From NCBI RefSeq assembly GCF_004010195.1, contig NC_057719.1:8357788-8411424 (forward strand): 53,637 nt of DNA. The letters are read 5' to 3'. A program made the position numbers and the translations under genes. The notes below the pieces were generated by a model. That model was given only the letters and a program-made list of their open reading frames with translations. It had not been told where the DNA came from and did not search any database. This stretch comes from Chiloscyllium plagiosum. Its lineage: Eukaryota. This document shows, piece after piece, positions 38,101 to 51,303 of this stretch (positions are counted from its first letter, which is position 1; every line of letters starts with the position of its first letter).

Positions 38101-38428
38101 ACAAGAGGCAAGAGTAGATATTGGGCTGCTGGAAAATTACACTGGAGAGATTAGTGGGGAACAAGGAAATGGCGGAGGAACTGAATAATTACTTTGCATC
38201 AGTCTTCATGCTGGAAGACATGAGCAATCTCCCAAACGTTCAAGAGAGTGAGGAGGCAGAGCTGAGTATGGTGGCCATCACCAAGCAGAAGGTGCTGAAG
38301 GAGGATAAATCACCTGGACCAAATGGACTACACTCCAGAGTTCTAAGGGAGTTAGCTGAAGAGATAGTGGAGGTGTTAGTGGTGATCTTTCAGGAATCAC
38401 TAAAATCAGGGAACATCCCAAAGGACGG

Positions 38429-39036
38429 ATGATCCCTGGAATGACAGGTCTAACATATGAGGAACGGCTGAGGATACTGGGATTGTATTCGTTGGAGTTT
38501 AGAAGATTAAGGGGAGACTTAATAGAGACGTACAAAATAATACATGGCTTGGAAAAGGTGGATGCTAGGAAATTGTTTCAGTTAGACGAGGAGACTAGGA
38601 CCCGTGGACACAGCCGTAGAATTAGAGGGGGTCTTCCTGAAGAAGGGCCTGTGCCCGAAACGTCGAATCTCCTGTTCCCTGGATGCTGCCTGACCTGCTG
38701 TGCTGTTCCAGCAATAAAGTTTCAACTTTGATCTCCAGCATCTGCAGACCTCACTTTCTCCTCATTTCAGAACAGAAATGCGGAGACATTTCTTCAGCCA
38801 GAGAGTGGTGGGCCTGTGGAATTCATTGCCACGGAGTGCAGTGGAAGCCGGGACGCTAAATGTCTTCAAGGCCGAGATTGATAGATTCTTGTTGTCTAGA
38901 GGAATTAAGGGCTACGGGGAGAACGCTGGTAAGTGGAGCTGAAATGCGCATCAGCCATGATTGAATGGCGGAGTAGACTCGATGGGCCGAATGGCCTTAC
39001 TTCCACTCCTATGTCTTATGGTCTTATGGTCTTATG
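38429..39036 (+). mobile_element. 5'-truncated CR1 nested in the host CR1 RT
   Basis: MIPGMTGLTYEERLRILGLYSLEFRRLRGDLIETYK; ends (GTCTTATG)3; host resumes with DWK. Confidence 0.9.
38634..38667 (+). ncRNA. Minimal type-I hammerhead ribozyme motif (intact core) at the 5' end of a 130-bp family A insert (38634-38763)
   Basis: TTC-CTGAAGA-A-GGGC-CTGT-GCCC-GAAA-CGTC-GAA: stem I TTC/GAA, palindromic ACGU, GUC triplet. Confidence 0.8.
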
Positions 39037-40742
39037 GACTGGAAAATCACTCATGTGATATCCCTGTTTAAAAAGGGAGTAAGGGGCAAAAGACAGAAAA
39101 TTACAGACTGACTAGCCTAACCTCGGTCTTAGGTAAGACCCTGGAATCCATTGTGAAGGGTAAGATTTCTGAATACTTGGAATTGTATAGTAAATAGGAC
39201 AAAATCAGGATGGCTTCATCAAGGGAAGGCCATGCCTGACAAATCTGCTAGAATCTTATTTAAGGACATAATGAGCAGGTTAGACCAAGGAGAGCCAATG
39301 GATATTATCTACCTGGACTTCAAGAAGGCCTTTGACAAGGTGCCGCACAGGAGGCTACTGAATAAGGTCAGGGCCCATGGTGTCAGAGGCAAGGTGCTAG
39401 CATGGATGGAAGTTTGGCTGTCTGGCAGAAAGCAGAGAGTAGGGATAAAAGGGTCCTTCTCAAGACGGCACCTGGTGACAAGTGGTGTTCCGCAAGGGTC
39501 AATACTGGGGCCACAGCTTTTCACTTTATACATTAACGATCTAGGTGAAGGAACTGAGGTCATTCTGGCTAAGTTTGCAAATCATACAAAGATAGGTAGA
39601 TGCTGCAGAAGGATTTGGACATGTTAGGAGAGTGGGCAAGAAAGTACATTGTGGGAAAGTGTGAGATCATGCACTTTGGTAGGAAGAATAGAGGCATGGA
39701 CTATTTTCTAACTGGGGAGAACATTCAGAAGTTTGAAGTACATAGAGACTGTGGAGTTCAATTCCAGGATTCTCTCAACATAAACTTGCAAGTTGAATCA
39801 GTTGTTAGGAACGCAAATGCAATGATAGCATTTATTTTGAGAGGACTTGAATATACAAGCAGGGATATTCTTCTCAGGCTCCATAAGGCTCTGGTCAGAC
39901 CACATTTGGAGTATTGTGCACAGGTTTGGGCCCCATATCTCAGGAAGGATGTACTGGCCGTGGAGTGTGTTCAGAGGAAGTTCACAAGAATGGTCCCAGG
40001 AATGAAAAGCTTAACATATGAGGAACGTTTGAGGACTCTGGGTTTATACTTGATGGAGTTTAGAAGGATGAGGGGGAATCTAATTGAAACGTACAGAATA
40101 CTGAATGGCCTGGACAGAGTGGAAGATGTTTCCATTGGTAGGAGAGACTAGGACCCGAGGGCACAGCCTTAAAGTAAAGGAAAACCTTTTAGAACAGACA
40201 TAAGGAGAAACTTCTTTAACCAGAGAGTGGGGAATCTATGGAATTCATTCCAACAGAAGGCTGTGGAGTCCAGGTCATTGAGTATATTTAAGACTGAGAT
40301 CAATAGGTTCTTGAGTATCATGGGGATCAAGGGTTACGGGGAGAAAGCAGGATATTGGGTTGAGAAACTTATCAACCATGATTGAATAGTGGAACAGACT
40401 CAATGGGTTGAATGGCCTAATTTCTTCTCCTATGTCTTATGGTCTTATAGTTCCATGCAACTCTTGGGAGATATCCAACACTCCTGTCTCCTCCATAGCA
40501 TTGGGGCATGGAGAGAGAAGAGATTAACATTGAACAAGGGTGAGGAAAGATTCCCACTTTATTTTTAAGGCAGAGGTAAGTCAAAGAGAATGAAAGATTA
40601 TCGGGGTATGCTGTCATGTAGAGTTGAGGTTAACATCATATCAGCCATGATCTTACTGAATGAATGACTTTTCCTTTTGTTTGTGTGTTCATATGTAGCT
40701 CATGACATCACCCATGTCTTGTATGGATTCGGGTCAGTGCTG

Positions 40743-40866
40743 GGTAAAAACGAGGACTGCAGATGCTGGAAACCCGAGTCTAGATTAGAGCAATGCTGGA
40801 AAAGTACAGCAGGTCAGGCAGCATCCGAGGAGCAGGAAAATCGACGTTTCGGGCAAAAGCCCTTCA
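40743..40866 (-). mobile_element. Family A terminus, truncated inside the hammerhead core, with a 14-bp flanking direct repeat
   Basis: TCGGGTCAGTGCTG at 40729-40742 and 40867-40880. Confidence 0.88.
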
Positions 40867-41287
40867 TCGGGTCAGTGCTGTCCATTGTCTTCAAAGGAAC
40901 ATGGAGGCAGGGATCTCTGCTGGGTCAGTGATGAGATAGTGGCCCTTTGGGTGTATCAGTTCTATAACACTGTCCAAGGTTTAGAATTATCCTGAGTGAA
41001 TGGAGAGTTGGATGTTGGAGAACAATCAGAGTGTGTTGAAATAAATTAAGTCAGAAGTGAGCAAGGTATTAATGAGTGTTTCAGGAGCAGATGAACTGAG
41101 ACTGGACAGATTTGGGTGATGTTGTCGGGCTGGAAATAAGTGGCCTTAGTGACAGTGTGAATCAGAGGTGAGAAGGTTACCTCAGGGTCAAATACAATAC
41201 CAGAGTAATGTACAGATGCGTTCATCCTCAGACTGTTGCCAAGAAGAGACAGTGGCAGAGACTGAAAACAAGAGGCTAACCCGACAA

Positions 41288-41410
41288 TTCTGAAGAAGTG
41301 TCAAACCAGACTTGAAATGTTAATCCGGTTTCTCTCTCCACGGAAGCTGCCAGAGCTGCTGAGTTTCTCCAGCATCCTCTGTATTGTTTCAAATTTCCAG
41401 CATCCACAGC
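41288..41410 (+). mobile_element. Family C terminus with hammerhead motif
   Basis: ATT-CTGAAGA-AGTGTCAAACCAGACTT-GAAA-TGTT-AAT followed by CTGCCAGAGCTGCTGAGTTTCTCCAGCA. Confidence 0.7.
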
Positions 41411-41674
41411 TCTCAAGATTTGATTGGAAGAAATTTCTGCTTATATGGTACAGATTACTGTACAAGCAATCTGATAATTTCCAAATAGTGGGGTGGGGCG
41501 GGGGGGGGGCGCTAAGAAATGTGTCAGTCAAAAAACCATTTTTGTTTGCAATTTCTCCAGTCTGTCCACATCCTTTCTCTCATATAGAACCCAGAACTAT
41601 TAATTCCAAGTGCGTGAGAAAAAGATTGAACGTGGGTTTAATATAACCTTTTAATGAACTTATTGTAGGGCATA

Positions 41675-42075
41675 TTGGGTAGCACTCTCCCCTCTCACTC
41701 ACAAACCTCTGGGTTCAAAGCTGATAGTTCAGGGCAGTACTAAAGGAGTGCTGCACTGTCAGTGGACCACTTTTCAGATAATTAAGGGGCCTGCTTGAGT
41801 GGATGTAGGACATCCCTTAGTGACTATGTTGAAAAAGAGCAGGGGAGTTCTTCGTGGTGTCCTTGTCAATACTTATCCCTCAATCAATATCACAAAAGCA
41901 TATTATCTGATTATTTCACACTATGGTTTGTGGGAGCTTGCTGTGCATAATCTGGTTGTTACATTTCTTACATGGTAACAGTGCCTACACTTTTTAAAAA
42001 CACTTCACTTGCTTCAAGGCATGTTGAGATAGCCAGCTGTCATGAAAAGCGCTAAATAAATGCACCACTTTCCTT
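41675..42075 (+). mobile_element. DeuSINE/SacSINE-like SINE
   Basis: GGGTTCAA B box, GCAGTACTAAAGGAGTGCTGCACTGTC, GAGCAGGGGAGTTCT, GTGGGAGCTTGCTGTGCA, 3' GCGCTAAATAAATGCA. Confidence 0.75.
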
Positions 42076-42079
42076 ATTA

Positions 42080-42990
42080 GAGTCTAGAGCCATACAGCAC
42101 AGAAACAGACCCTTTCGTTGAACTCTTCCATGGCAACCAGATATCCTAAATTAATTTAGCCCCATTTGCCAGCACTTGGCCCATATCCCTCTAAAGCCTG
42201 CCTATTCATACAACCATCCAGATACATTTTAAATGTTGTAATTGCACCGACCTCCACCACTTCCTCTGGCAGCTCATTCTATACACGCACTAATGTCTGC
42301 ATTAGTTTGGACTCCCCTACCCAGGGTAATAGATCTTGACTATCCGTGCCCCTCATTATTTTATAAACTTCTATAAGATCGCTACTCAGCCTCCTATTCT
42401 CCAGGGAAAACAGACTCAGCCTATTTAGCCTCTGCTATCGCTCCAACCATCCCACCCTGGCAACCTGTAAAATGTCTTTGAATTCTTTCAAGTTTCGTGG
42501 TGGCTCAGTGATTAGCACTGCTGCTTCACAGCACCAGGGACCTGGGTTTGATTCCAGCCTCGGGTTACTGTCTGTGTGGAGTTTGCACATTCTCCCCGTG
42601 TCTGCGTGGGTTTCCTTTGGGTGCTCTGATTTCCTCCCACAGTCACTAAGATGTGTAGGTCAGGTGAATTGGCCATGGGAAATTGCCCGTAGTGTTAGGT
42701 GCATTAGTTGGAGGGAAATGGGTCTGGATGGGTTATTCTTCGGAGGGTTAGTGTGGACTTTTTGGGCCAAAGAGCGTGTTTCCACACTGTAGGAAAACTA
42801 ATCCTTCCAAAGCAAGGAGACCAGCATTGCACGCAATATTCTAGAAGGGGCCTCACCAATGTTCTATAGAGCCACAACATGACCTCCCACTTCCTACACT
42901 CAGTGCACTGACCAATGAAGGCAAGCGTACCAAACACCTTTTTCACTGCCCTGTTTACCTGCGACTCTGCTTTCAAGGAGTTATGAATCT
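42080..42990 (-). mobile_element. CR1 3' fragment with a nested V-SINE (42495-42795, +)
   Basis: ORF 42704-42976 VKKVFGTLAFI..LYRTLVRPLLEYCVQCWSP. Confidence 0.88.
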
Positions 42991-43679
42991 GTACCCCTTA
43001 TTGTTCTGTAGCATTAATTTTAGCAAATCCTGCACCTCTATTGCCAGATACTCCTGCTTCTCCCATTCCCTCCTGGGGAGACTCTCTTTTTTATTCTGAA
43101 GGGTCTCCTTTATTCGAAATATAAGATGATGAGTAATCAACATTGATCTATAGTTAGACCAATACTTATTCCTACAATTGCTGTCCCTTTGCAGTGTGTC
43201 AATCTCCCAATATTTAAATGGAAAAATCCATATTGCTTCATATCTAAACCAGCTCTAGCAATAAATTACAGGTCAGGCAGGGTTTCTTATTCATTTCAAT
43301 ACAATTTATCATGTTTTTGTGTCATAATGTGATTTGTTTAATATTGGATAGTTTTATTAATTCCTTGGTTTACCTCAATAACTTCAGATAGAGTATTTCG
43401 TGTTGCTGTTATTAATTTTTTGCAACAAACATATTGCCGCATCAATATCTTTGACCTTTAATGGCTTATCACTTTTTTATTATCTTTCTGAAAATGTCTC
43501 TGCCTTGTTCAATAAGGTGAAAGTAATCTAAAATATGACTATCACTGTCTGAAAATAGTCAAGTGATCTTTTCAGTCCAAGTTCCTAATTTTGTCAGAAT
43601 GGGTTCAAGGGATTACAGAGCCACTTAGATAAATGTGTAAACATAGGAACATAGGGAACATAGAATCGGGCTCAGGTTA

Positions 43680-43970
43680 TGGGTGACATGGTGGCTCAGT
43701 GGTTAGCACTGTTGCCTCACAGACCCAGGGACCTAAGTTTGATTCCAGCTTCAGGCCACCCACTGTGTGGAGTTTGTGCGTTCTCCCTGTGACTGCTTGG
43801 GTATTCTCCGGCTGCTCCGGTTTCCTCTCACAGTCACAAAGATGTGCAGGCCATGCTAAATTGTTTTAGGTGTATTAGTCAGAGGGAAATGGGTCTGGGT
43901 GGATTCTTCTTTGGAGGGTCAGTGTGGACTTGTCGGGCTGAAGGGCCTGTTTGCACACTGTAGGGAATCT
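43680..43970 (+). mobile_element. V-SINE (HE1-like), followed by a second-family SINE remnant to about 44240
   Basis: GGTGGCTCAGTGGTTAGCACTG head. Confidence 0.88.
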
Positions 43971-44375
43971 AATTAATGTAACTGGGCTAGTCATCCAAAC
44001 CCCAGGCTGTTGGGCTGGAGCACGGGTTTCATATTCAAATTTGAATTCAATAAAGTTTGGAATAAGGAGCTGGCTCAGTAGAGGCCATGTAGCTATTGTA
44101 AAAACTCATCTGCTTCACTAATGCAGTTTCGATAAAAAACTCTGCTTGCCTACACGTAACGCCAGACCCATAGCGTTGTGGTTCACTCTTAATTACCATC
44201 TAAGCATAAATGCCAGCCTCGCCAACACAGCACACATCGTACTTATGTGATAGGCCATTCAGCCGTTAAGCCTGCAAATGTCTCAGTCTCACTCAGTAAA
44301 AATAAAAATATATGAAAATGGTCATTATCTTTTGAGTTCATCCTGAACTAAGCTCCTCTGTGCTGCGTCCCTTTG

Positions 44376-45310
44376 TGGATGTTCTATAGGAAAACAAAAC
44401 ATATGGACCAAATATTGAACTACAGAAGCAATCATCCCAACACCTACAAACGAAGCTGCATCAGAACATTATTCCAACGAGCCAACACACACTGCAGCAT
44501 AGAGGAACTACGCAGAGCAGAGGAAGTTCACCTGTACAGTGTATTTAAAAGAATGGGTACCCAATGAACACAGTCCGCCGATTTCTCAGCAACAAACCCA
44601 AACAAGCAGACAAAACATGTCAGAAAGCCTAGCCACCCTCCCTTACATCAAAGGCATCTCAGAAATGACTGCCAGTCTACTCAGACCCCTTGGCCATCAC
44701 GGTAACCCACAAACCCACCAACACACTAAAACAGCAGCTAATGAACTTAAAAGACCCTATACAGACAACAAGCAAAACTAATGTCATTTACAAATCACTG
44801 TGCAAGGACTGTAACAAACACTACATTGGACAAACAGGCAGAAAACTAGCCACCAGGATACATGAACATCAACTAGCCACAAAATGACATGACCCCCTCT
44901 CACTAGTATCCTCCCATACAGATAAGGAAGGACACCACTTTGACTGGGACAACACATCCATCCTAGGACAAGCCAAACAGAGACACGCACAAGAATTCCT
45001 CAAAGCATGGCATTCTGAGCTGAACTTTATCAACAAACACATTGACTTGGACTTGATCTACCTCCCCCTGAGAAAAAGAACAGGAAATTACATCACCATA
45101 TGGTATGACATCACCAAAGGAAATGACATCACAAACCCAAACATATAAATAGAAGGCAGGAATCATCAGCAATGCTTCGTTTGGAAGCCCACTGAAGATG
45201 TTACCTAGTATGGTGACGAAATGTCTGAACATGAACCTCCCAGCTCAGCGAGCAAACCTACATCCAGAACCTTAACCTGAGCTACAAATCTTCTCAAAAC
45301 ACGCTGAACT
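44376..45310 (+). mobile_element. Poseidon-type Penelope-like element, 3' part (RT C-terminus + GIY-YIG), frameshifted
   Basis: YRKTKHMDQILNYRSNHP, TLPYIKGISE, NVIYKSLCKDCNKHYIGQTGRKLATRIHEH, HHFDWDNTSIL. Confidence 0.92.
45190..45227 (+). ncRNA. Minimal hammerhead motif in the Poseidon 3' terminus
   Basis: CA-CTGAAGA-T-GTTACC-TAGTAT-GGTGAC-GAAA-TGTC-TG; ACGT appears decayed to ATGT. Confidence 0.72.
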
Positions 45311-45314
45311 AAGA

Positions 45315-46010
45315 ATGCTTTACTTCAGCTTTACTGGTATTGGTGCAATCAGATCTCAAATACTATGTGCAGTTTTGGTCTCCTTCTGTTAGGATGGTTG
45401 TAAATGCATTGGAGGCGATTCAGAGGATGTTTACTCGACTGATTCTGGGAATGCGCAGACTCTTTTATGGGGATAAGTTCCATCAGCTAAGCCTATTTGC
45501 ATGGGAGTTTAGAAGAGTGAGTGGAAGAATTGATGGATCCCAAATGTTCTTGGCAAGATGAACATGGAGAGGATGTTTACTCTTCTGGGTCAGTTTAGAA
45601 ATAGGCTGGGGTGTGGGCACTATATTAAAATGAGGGATCCCCAAAGGAGTGAAGAATATTTTTCTCTCAACTGTTGGAACTCTCTGCTCAGAAAGACGTG
45701 GGGGAGGAGGTTGTAAAATATATTTAAGACAGTGTGGATAGTTTCTTGCTAAGGTGTATTTGAATTAAGTTTATTGTCACATGTACTCTCACATGAGTAC
45801 AGTGAAAAATTTACAACTCTCAACTCACAATGCCATTTTAGGTACGAAGGTACCTAGGTAAAGGAATCAAAAATTATCAGGCTGGGACTGAGGTAAATGG
45901 GAATGTGAAATTCATAAAACCAAACAGACCTGCCATGATCTTATTTAATGGTGGGCCAGTTACTAGGGCCCAAATTGTCTACTTCTGCTCCATTTTTGTT
46001 TCTTCCTATG
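45315..46010 (+). mobile_element. Decayed CR1 3' fragment
   Basis: LKYYVQFWSP..ALEAIQRMFTRLILGM..EFRR. Confidence 0.8.
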
Positions 46011-46329
46011 TATGTTGTATTTAGGTCACTGTTCCAAATTGGCTTTCTGACCCTTTTAAAACAGTCTTTGTAGAAAATGTCTCTATTTTGAAATCCAAAT
46101 ATAAAAATATAACATTTATCATAGACCTTCAGCGAATAGTGAGTATGGTGTGATGGAATTCTCTGTTAAGTTTGAAACTATTGTAGTTCAATCTGAAACA
46201 AGGGTCTTAAATCTAAACAAGGACAATGACAGAGTTATGAGGAGGATATTGCCTGTGGTGGATTGAAAAGAATATGTCAAAAGACTTGATGCCCAGTAGG
46301 TTACAGCTTTCAAATCTGACAATTATTTT

Positions 46330-48960
46330 CTAAACATACAGTAATGGTATCTTTAACAACAGACTTCAGTATTTCCTCTACCACTGATAATAGGCTAACT
46401 TCTCTATCATTCTTTGTTTTCTCTCTCTCTCTCCCTCTTTGCTTAAACAATGGGATTACATTTGCAGCCTTCCAATCTGTGGACTCTGTTGCAGTATTAA
46501 TACAATTTTGAAAGATGAGAAGAATACAATCTGTTTTAACACTCTTGGTTGAAGGTCATTGGTTTCAGAGAATTTGTCAGATTTCAGTCCCCTTAACTTC
46601 TTATAAACTATTTTTAACAACTAACTACCTTTTTACTAGTTTCTTTCAGTGCCTCACCCTCACTCGACTGTTGGGTCTTAATTATTCCATGGAGTCTTCT
46701 TGTGTCTTTCTCAGTGAAGGCAGACACAAAGCATTTATTTAGCTTCTCTGCAATTTCTCTATTTGCTATTATATAATGTCTTCTCTCTGCTGGTATTGAA
46801 CCTACATTTGTCTTTACTAACCTTATTTTTACAAACTTAAAAATGACTTTAAAGTTTGTTTTTACCATTTTCTGCCATTTTACATTCATTTGCAATTGTC
46901 TCTTTTTTTTCAATCAAATGCTTGACAATTCTTGGCTGAATTCTAAAATTCTCCCAATCCTCAGGCTTATAATGTTTTGGGAACTGTATTGGCATCTTCC
47001 TTTAGTCAAATACTTTATTTAACTTCACTTGTTAGTAATGGCCCCCTTGCCTTTCCTGATAGTTATTTTTGCCTCAGAAGAGCGCATATTTTTTGAAAAG
47101 CAAGCAATACAAAATACTGGCTGTAACCTATTGAGCATCAAGTCTTTTAACATATTCTTTTCAATCCACCACAGGCAACATCCTCCTCACAACTCTACAA
47201 TTGTCCTTGTTTAGATTTAAGACTTTAGTTTCAGATTGAACTACAGCTTTATCAAACTCAATGGAGAATTCTATCACACTGTGCTTACTATTCTGTAAAG
47301 GTTGTTTTACAACAAGATTATTTATCAGTCCATTCTCATTGCATAATACAAGATGCAGGAAAAACCTGTACCTTACTTCACCATATTAGATAAAAAGTTC
47401 AAACACATCGTAGGAATTCTTGCTCCACAGCATTGGTGCTCATTAAATTTACCCAGTCTATCTGTAAGTCAAAGTTTCTCAAGGGGAGGTGATGGCCTAG
47501 TGTTATTGTCACTGGACTGTTAACCCAGAGACCCAGGAAATGTTCTAGGTTCGAATCCTGCCATGGCTGATGGTGGAATTTGAATTCAATTTAAAAAAAC
47601 AAGTCTGGAGTTAAGAGCTTCGTCATGATCATGAATCCATTTCCAGTTTTTGGGGAAAAAAAACCCATTTGGTTCACTAGTGTTCTTCAGGGAAGGAAAC
47701 TGCCATCCATACTTGGTCTGGTCTATCTGTGACTCCGGACCCACAGCAATGAGATTGACTCTTAACCCCCCTCTGGGGTGGGCAATAAATACTGGTCCAG
47801 CCAGTGACACCTGAATCCCATAACTGAATACAAAATACTGCATTCCCCTTGCTACCTGCAATATAATTGCTTGAATCATTCTGTGCCCTACATTACCACA
47901 TCAGCTCGGTGGCTATGAACTATTCCTACAAATGTCCCTTAGCTGTTTCACAGATCCACTCAAACAGATTCTGCATCCTGTTCTTTCAGTTAGAGATTAG
48001 TTCTCATGAATACTGATGCTGTCTCTTATTACCCATACTATTCTGTTTCCTTTTAGCTTATACTTCCTAAATGTCAAATACCTTTCAATATTCAGTTTCC
48101 AGTCTTGGCCATCCTGCAGCCAAGCCTCTGTAACACCAGTTAAATCATACCCTTTATGTGTACTAGCGCCATCAATTGACCTAACTTATTGAAAATGCTT
48201 TTAATTCTGCTTTTTAAAATATGTTATGACGTTTGATGCTGGTTGATCCTAGGATCTATTTCTGTTGATTTCCCCCTTTATTTACAGTTTTTCTACTTCT
48301 CAGAAGCAGCTTTGATAGTTTTCTATTGAATTCCCTCTCAAACACCCCCTCCCAAATCTCTGACCAACTGTTTTAAGCCCTCCTTAAAATCTTCCCATGG
48401 GATATTAGTCCAGCTCCTGCTAAGGTGCAGTACACCATTCACCTTACACTGGAAACACTTGCCCCAGAGCCAGCTCCAATGTCCCAGAAATCTAAAACCT
48501 GCTTCCAGCACCATTCTCCCAGCCACATGTTCATTCACTTCATCATCTTATCTCTACATTCGCACAAGTGTGATACCGGATGTAATTCTGAAATTACTGC
48601 CTTCGAGGTCCTGCTTTCCAGGCTCTTGTCTTGCTCCGCAAATGCAACTTTTCTGGATCTCATCCCTCTTTCTACTAATGTAATGGATGCCAAGGTAGAG
48701 AATGGCATTTGGTTCTTCAGCCTCCCCAAACGAATGTCCTGAGGTAAATATGACATCATTGGTACCAGGGAGGCAACCTACCATCCCGGAGTTACATTTC
48801 CAGCCCCAGAAACCACTGCTTATTCCCATATCAAATCACTTATCACTAATGCTGTTCCATTGTTTTTCCTCCCTGTCCATCCCTGCCCTCACATCTCTGC
48901 AGTTATGCCACTTGCAAGCTTGGCTCTCTCTAAAATCCTCTGATAAACCTCCACCCTCAC
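46330..48960 (-). mobile_element. Old, heavily decayed CR1 (ORF1 esterase to ORF2), with a nested SINE at 47503-47830
   Basis: Minus strand GFRFLGHW..LHLS, ESRTSKAVISEL, NREIAEKLNKCFVSAFTEKD. Confidence 0.7.
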
Positions 48961-48969
48961 CAGTTTCCA

Positions 48970-49240
48970 GGGCAGCATGGCGGCTCAGGGTTAGCACCGC
49001 TGTCTCACAGTGCCAGGGACCTGGGTTCGATTCCAGCCTCAGGCAACTGTCTGTATAGAGTTTGCAAGTTTTCTCTGGATGCTCCGGTTTCTTTCCATAG
49101 TCCAAAGATACCCATTGTATTTGGGTAGGTTCAGGCTAGGTAGATTAGCCATGGGAAATGCAGGGTTACAGGGTTTAGATGGGAATGCTCTTTGGAGGGT
49201 TGGTTTGGACTGAATAGCCTGCTTCCACACTATAGGGATT
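48970..49240 (+). mobile_element. V-SINE (HE1-like)
   Basis: GGCGGCTCAGGGTTAGC..GGTTCGATTCC head. Confidence 0.85.
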
Positions 49241-49944
49241 CGATGATTTGAAACAGAAAATGGGTTATTGAGTGAGAAATAATCAGCACTCTACCTATCT
49301 GCTTTTTCCAGACTGACTGCTGGTCACCCATTCCCTTTTGGCTGCCTGATCCTAATATAAAGTGTGACCACTTTGTGAAATGTTCTTTCAAAGTAGATGT
49401 TACCTTCATGAACATACCTCAGTGACTCCACGTAGCACTCAAGTTCCAAAACTCTCAGTTAAAGATTTTTCAGTTAGAGCCACTTGCTCTATATGTGATT
49501 ATTGAAGCATCCAAGACTTCTCACAGGGTGGGAATTCTATGCAGCTGAGCTATCCTGCCATTCCCGAAGGCTAAATTTAGGCTATTTACCTTAAGCTGGA
49601 AATAGAAGATCAGAGAATAAAATTACTCATCAATCAACTCCAATGAATCTAGTTTTGTCTTTGACTGCCTGCCTTGGGGTTTAATTTTCATTTATTCCTT
49701 TAGGTGATGCTGATCACCCATCGTAGGCTTCTCACCTCGCCATCACAATGCTGACTGCCTGCCTTGGGTTATTGTCTTAGCTGCTCTTCTGGGTGCTTTT
49801 GGCGGCCTGTTGCAGGGTTCTCATCTTGCCTGCAGCTCAGATGTACAGATTGGCTATCGTCAAATCAAATTGCATAATAGACCGGAGGCACTGAATGGCC
49901 TCTTGATCCTCTGTTTCACGTTTGCATTTAAAGACAAGGAAGTA

Positions 49945-50452
49945 AGTTCAACTCCGTCAAACCTTTACAGATGCACCATAGAAACCAAACTATCTGGGTG
50001 CATACCAGCCTGGTACAGCAACTGCTCTGCCCAGGACCGTAAGACACTACAGAAGGTGGTGTGCACAGCCCAGACCATCACAAAAGCCATCATCCATGCT
50101 CTCCGTTTATACGCTTCATTGCCACGGAAAGGCTGCCAACATCATCAAAGACCCCTCCCACCTGGTAATGCTCTCCTACAACTTCTTCTGTCAGGCAGAT
50201 GATACAAACGCTTGAACACACGCAAACTGCAGGTTCGAGGACAGCTTCTTCCCTGCTATTGTTAGACTGATGCATGGACTCTCTAACTTCAAACAATGCT
50301 GATCTTGTTAATGTTGACTTTGCTTCATGCATCTCCTATTCAGTGTAACCTGTATGCCTAACTCTGTCCAAACACCCTATGATCTATACGTCCTTGCTTT
50401 CTATAAGCTTTTCACCGTGCTTAGGCGATTACAATAAATGAAATCAAATCAG
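49945..50452 (+). mobile_element. Rex1/Babar-type LINE 3' fragment
   Basis: NLYRCTIETKLSGCIPAWYSNCSAQDRKTLQKVV, DSFFPAIVRL, AATAAA + (AAATC)n. Confidence 0.85.
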
Positions 50453-51303
50453 GTGACAGAGGTGCAAAGAACAATCAGTTAAATGGATAGACAGAGTAAC
50501 CATACATTTAATTTATGCTTGAATGTATATAAAAATTAACTTCTGACCATCAAAGTTTTCATCTTTCGTATACTTGTTCGAATCTGTTTCACAATTTCTT
50601 TTTTCCCACTCGAGTATCAGAAACACTGGGAGACATCCTGGTCCAAGGCGTGCCCTGCACATTTCAGGACCATGGTCAGCGACCAGCGTTACGAGTTTAT
50701 CCACGGTCCGGCACTTCCAAGGATCCTGACAGGATCTCAACGCCTTGAAAGTCTTGCTCATCAAGTTTCAATCCCCTTTCCAAAGTCTTCCCTACAATTT
50801 GGTTTGAAAAAACAATCAGACTTTTACATCAGGAATTGGAATGGGCCTGTTAATTTGAAATGAAACAGAGGAGGGGTGTGAATTTCTTGGACGATACAGA
50901 GCGATGATGATAATGTGAGTCAAAGGCTGCAGAAAGACAGCAGCAAGATCGAAATGAGGTGAACTTCCATCCGCAGGAACATCCACAATTGGATATAGAA
51001 ACATACACAATCCTTGATGTCACAAGGAATTAAGGGCTACGGGGAGAATGCGGGTAAGTGGAGTTGAAATGCCCATCAGCCATGATTGAATGGTGGAGTG
51101 GACTCGATGGGCCGAATGGCCTTACTTCCGCTCCTATGTCTTATGGTCTTATGAACTGGTCCTCACCCTGAACAACTTCTCTTTCCAATCCTCCCACTTC
51201 CTCCAAACGAAAGGAGTAGCCATGGGCACCCGCATGGGCCCCAGCTATGCCTGCCCCTTCGTAGGATATGTGGAACAATCCATCTTCCGCAACGACACTG
51301 GCC

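Larger units (their letters stand above)
32560..40449 (+). mobile_element. Near full-length decayed CR1 LINE (ORF1 zinc finger/esterase; ORF2 APE endonuclease + RT), split by nested insertions
   Basis: ORF1 from 32874 MMEGQVMCCFSMMWE..HVCSKC, IGDGVVRG, DGLHLN; ORF2 [57 protein letters not shown]; tail ATGTCTTATGGTCTTAT; many stops and frameshifts. Confidence 0.92.
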
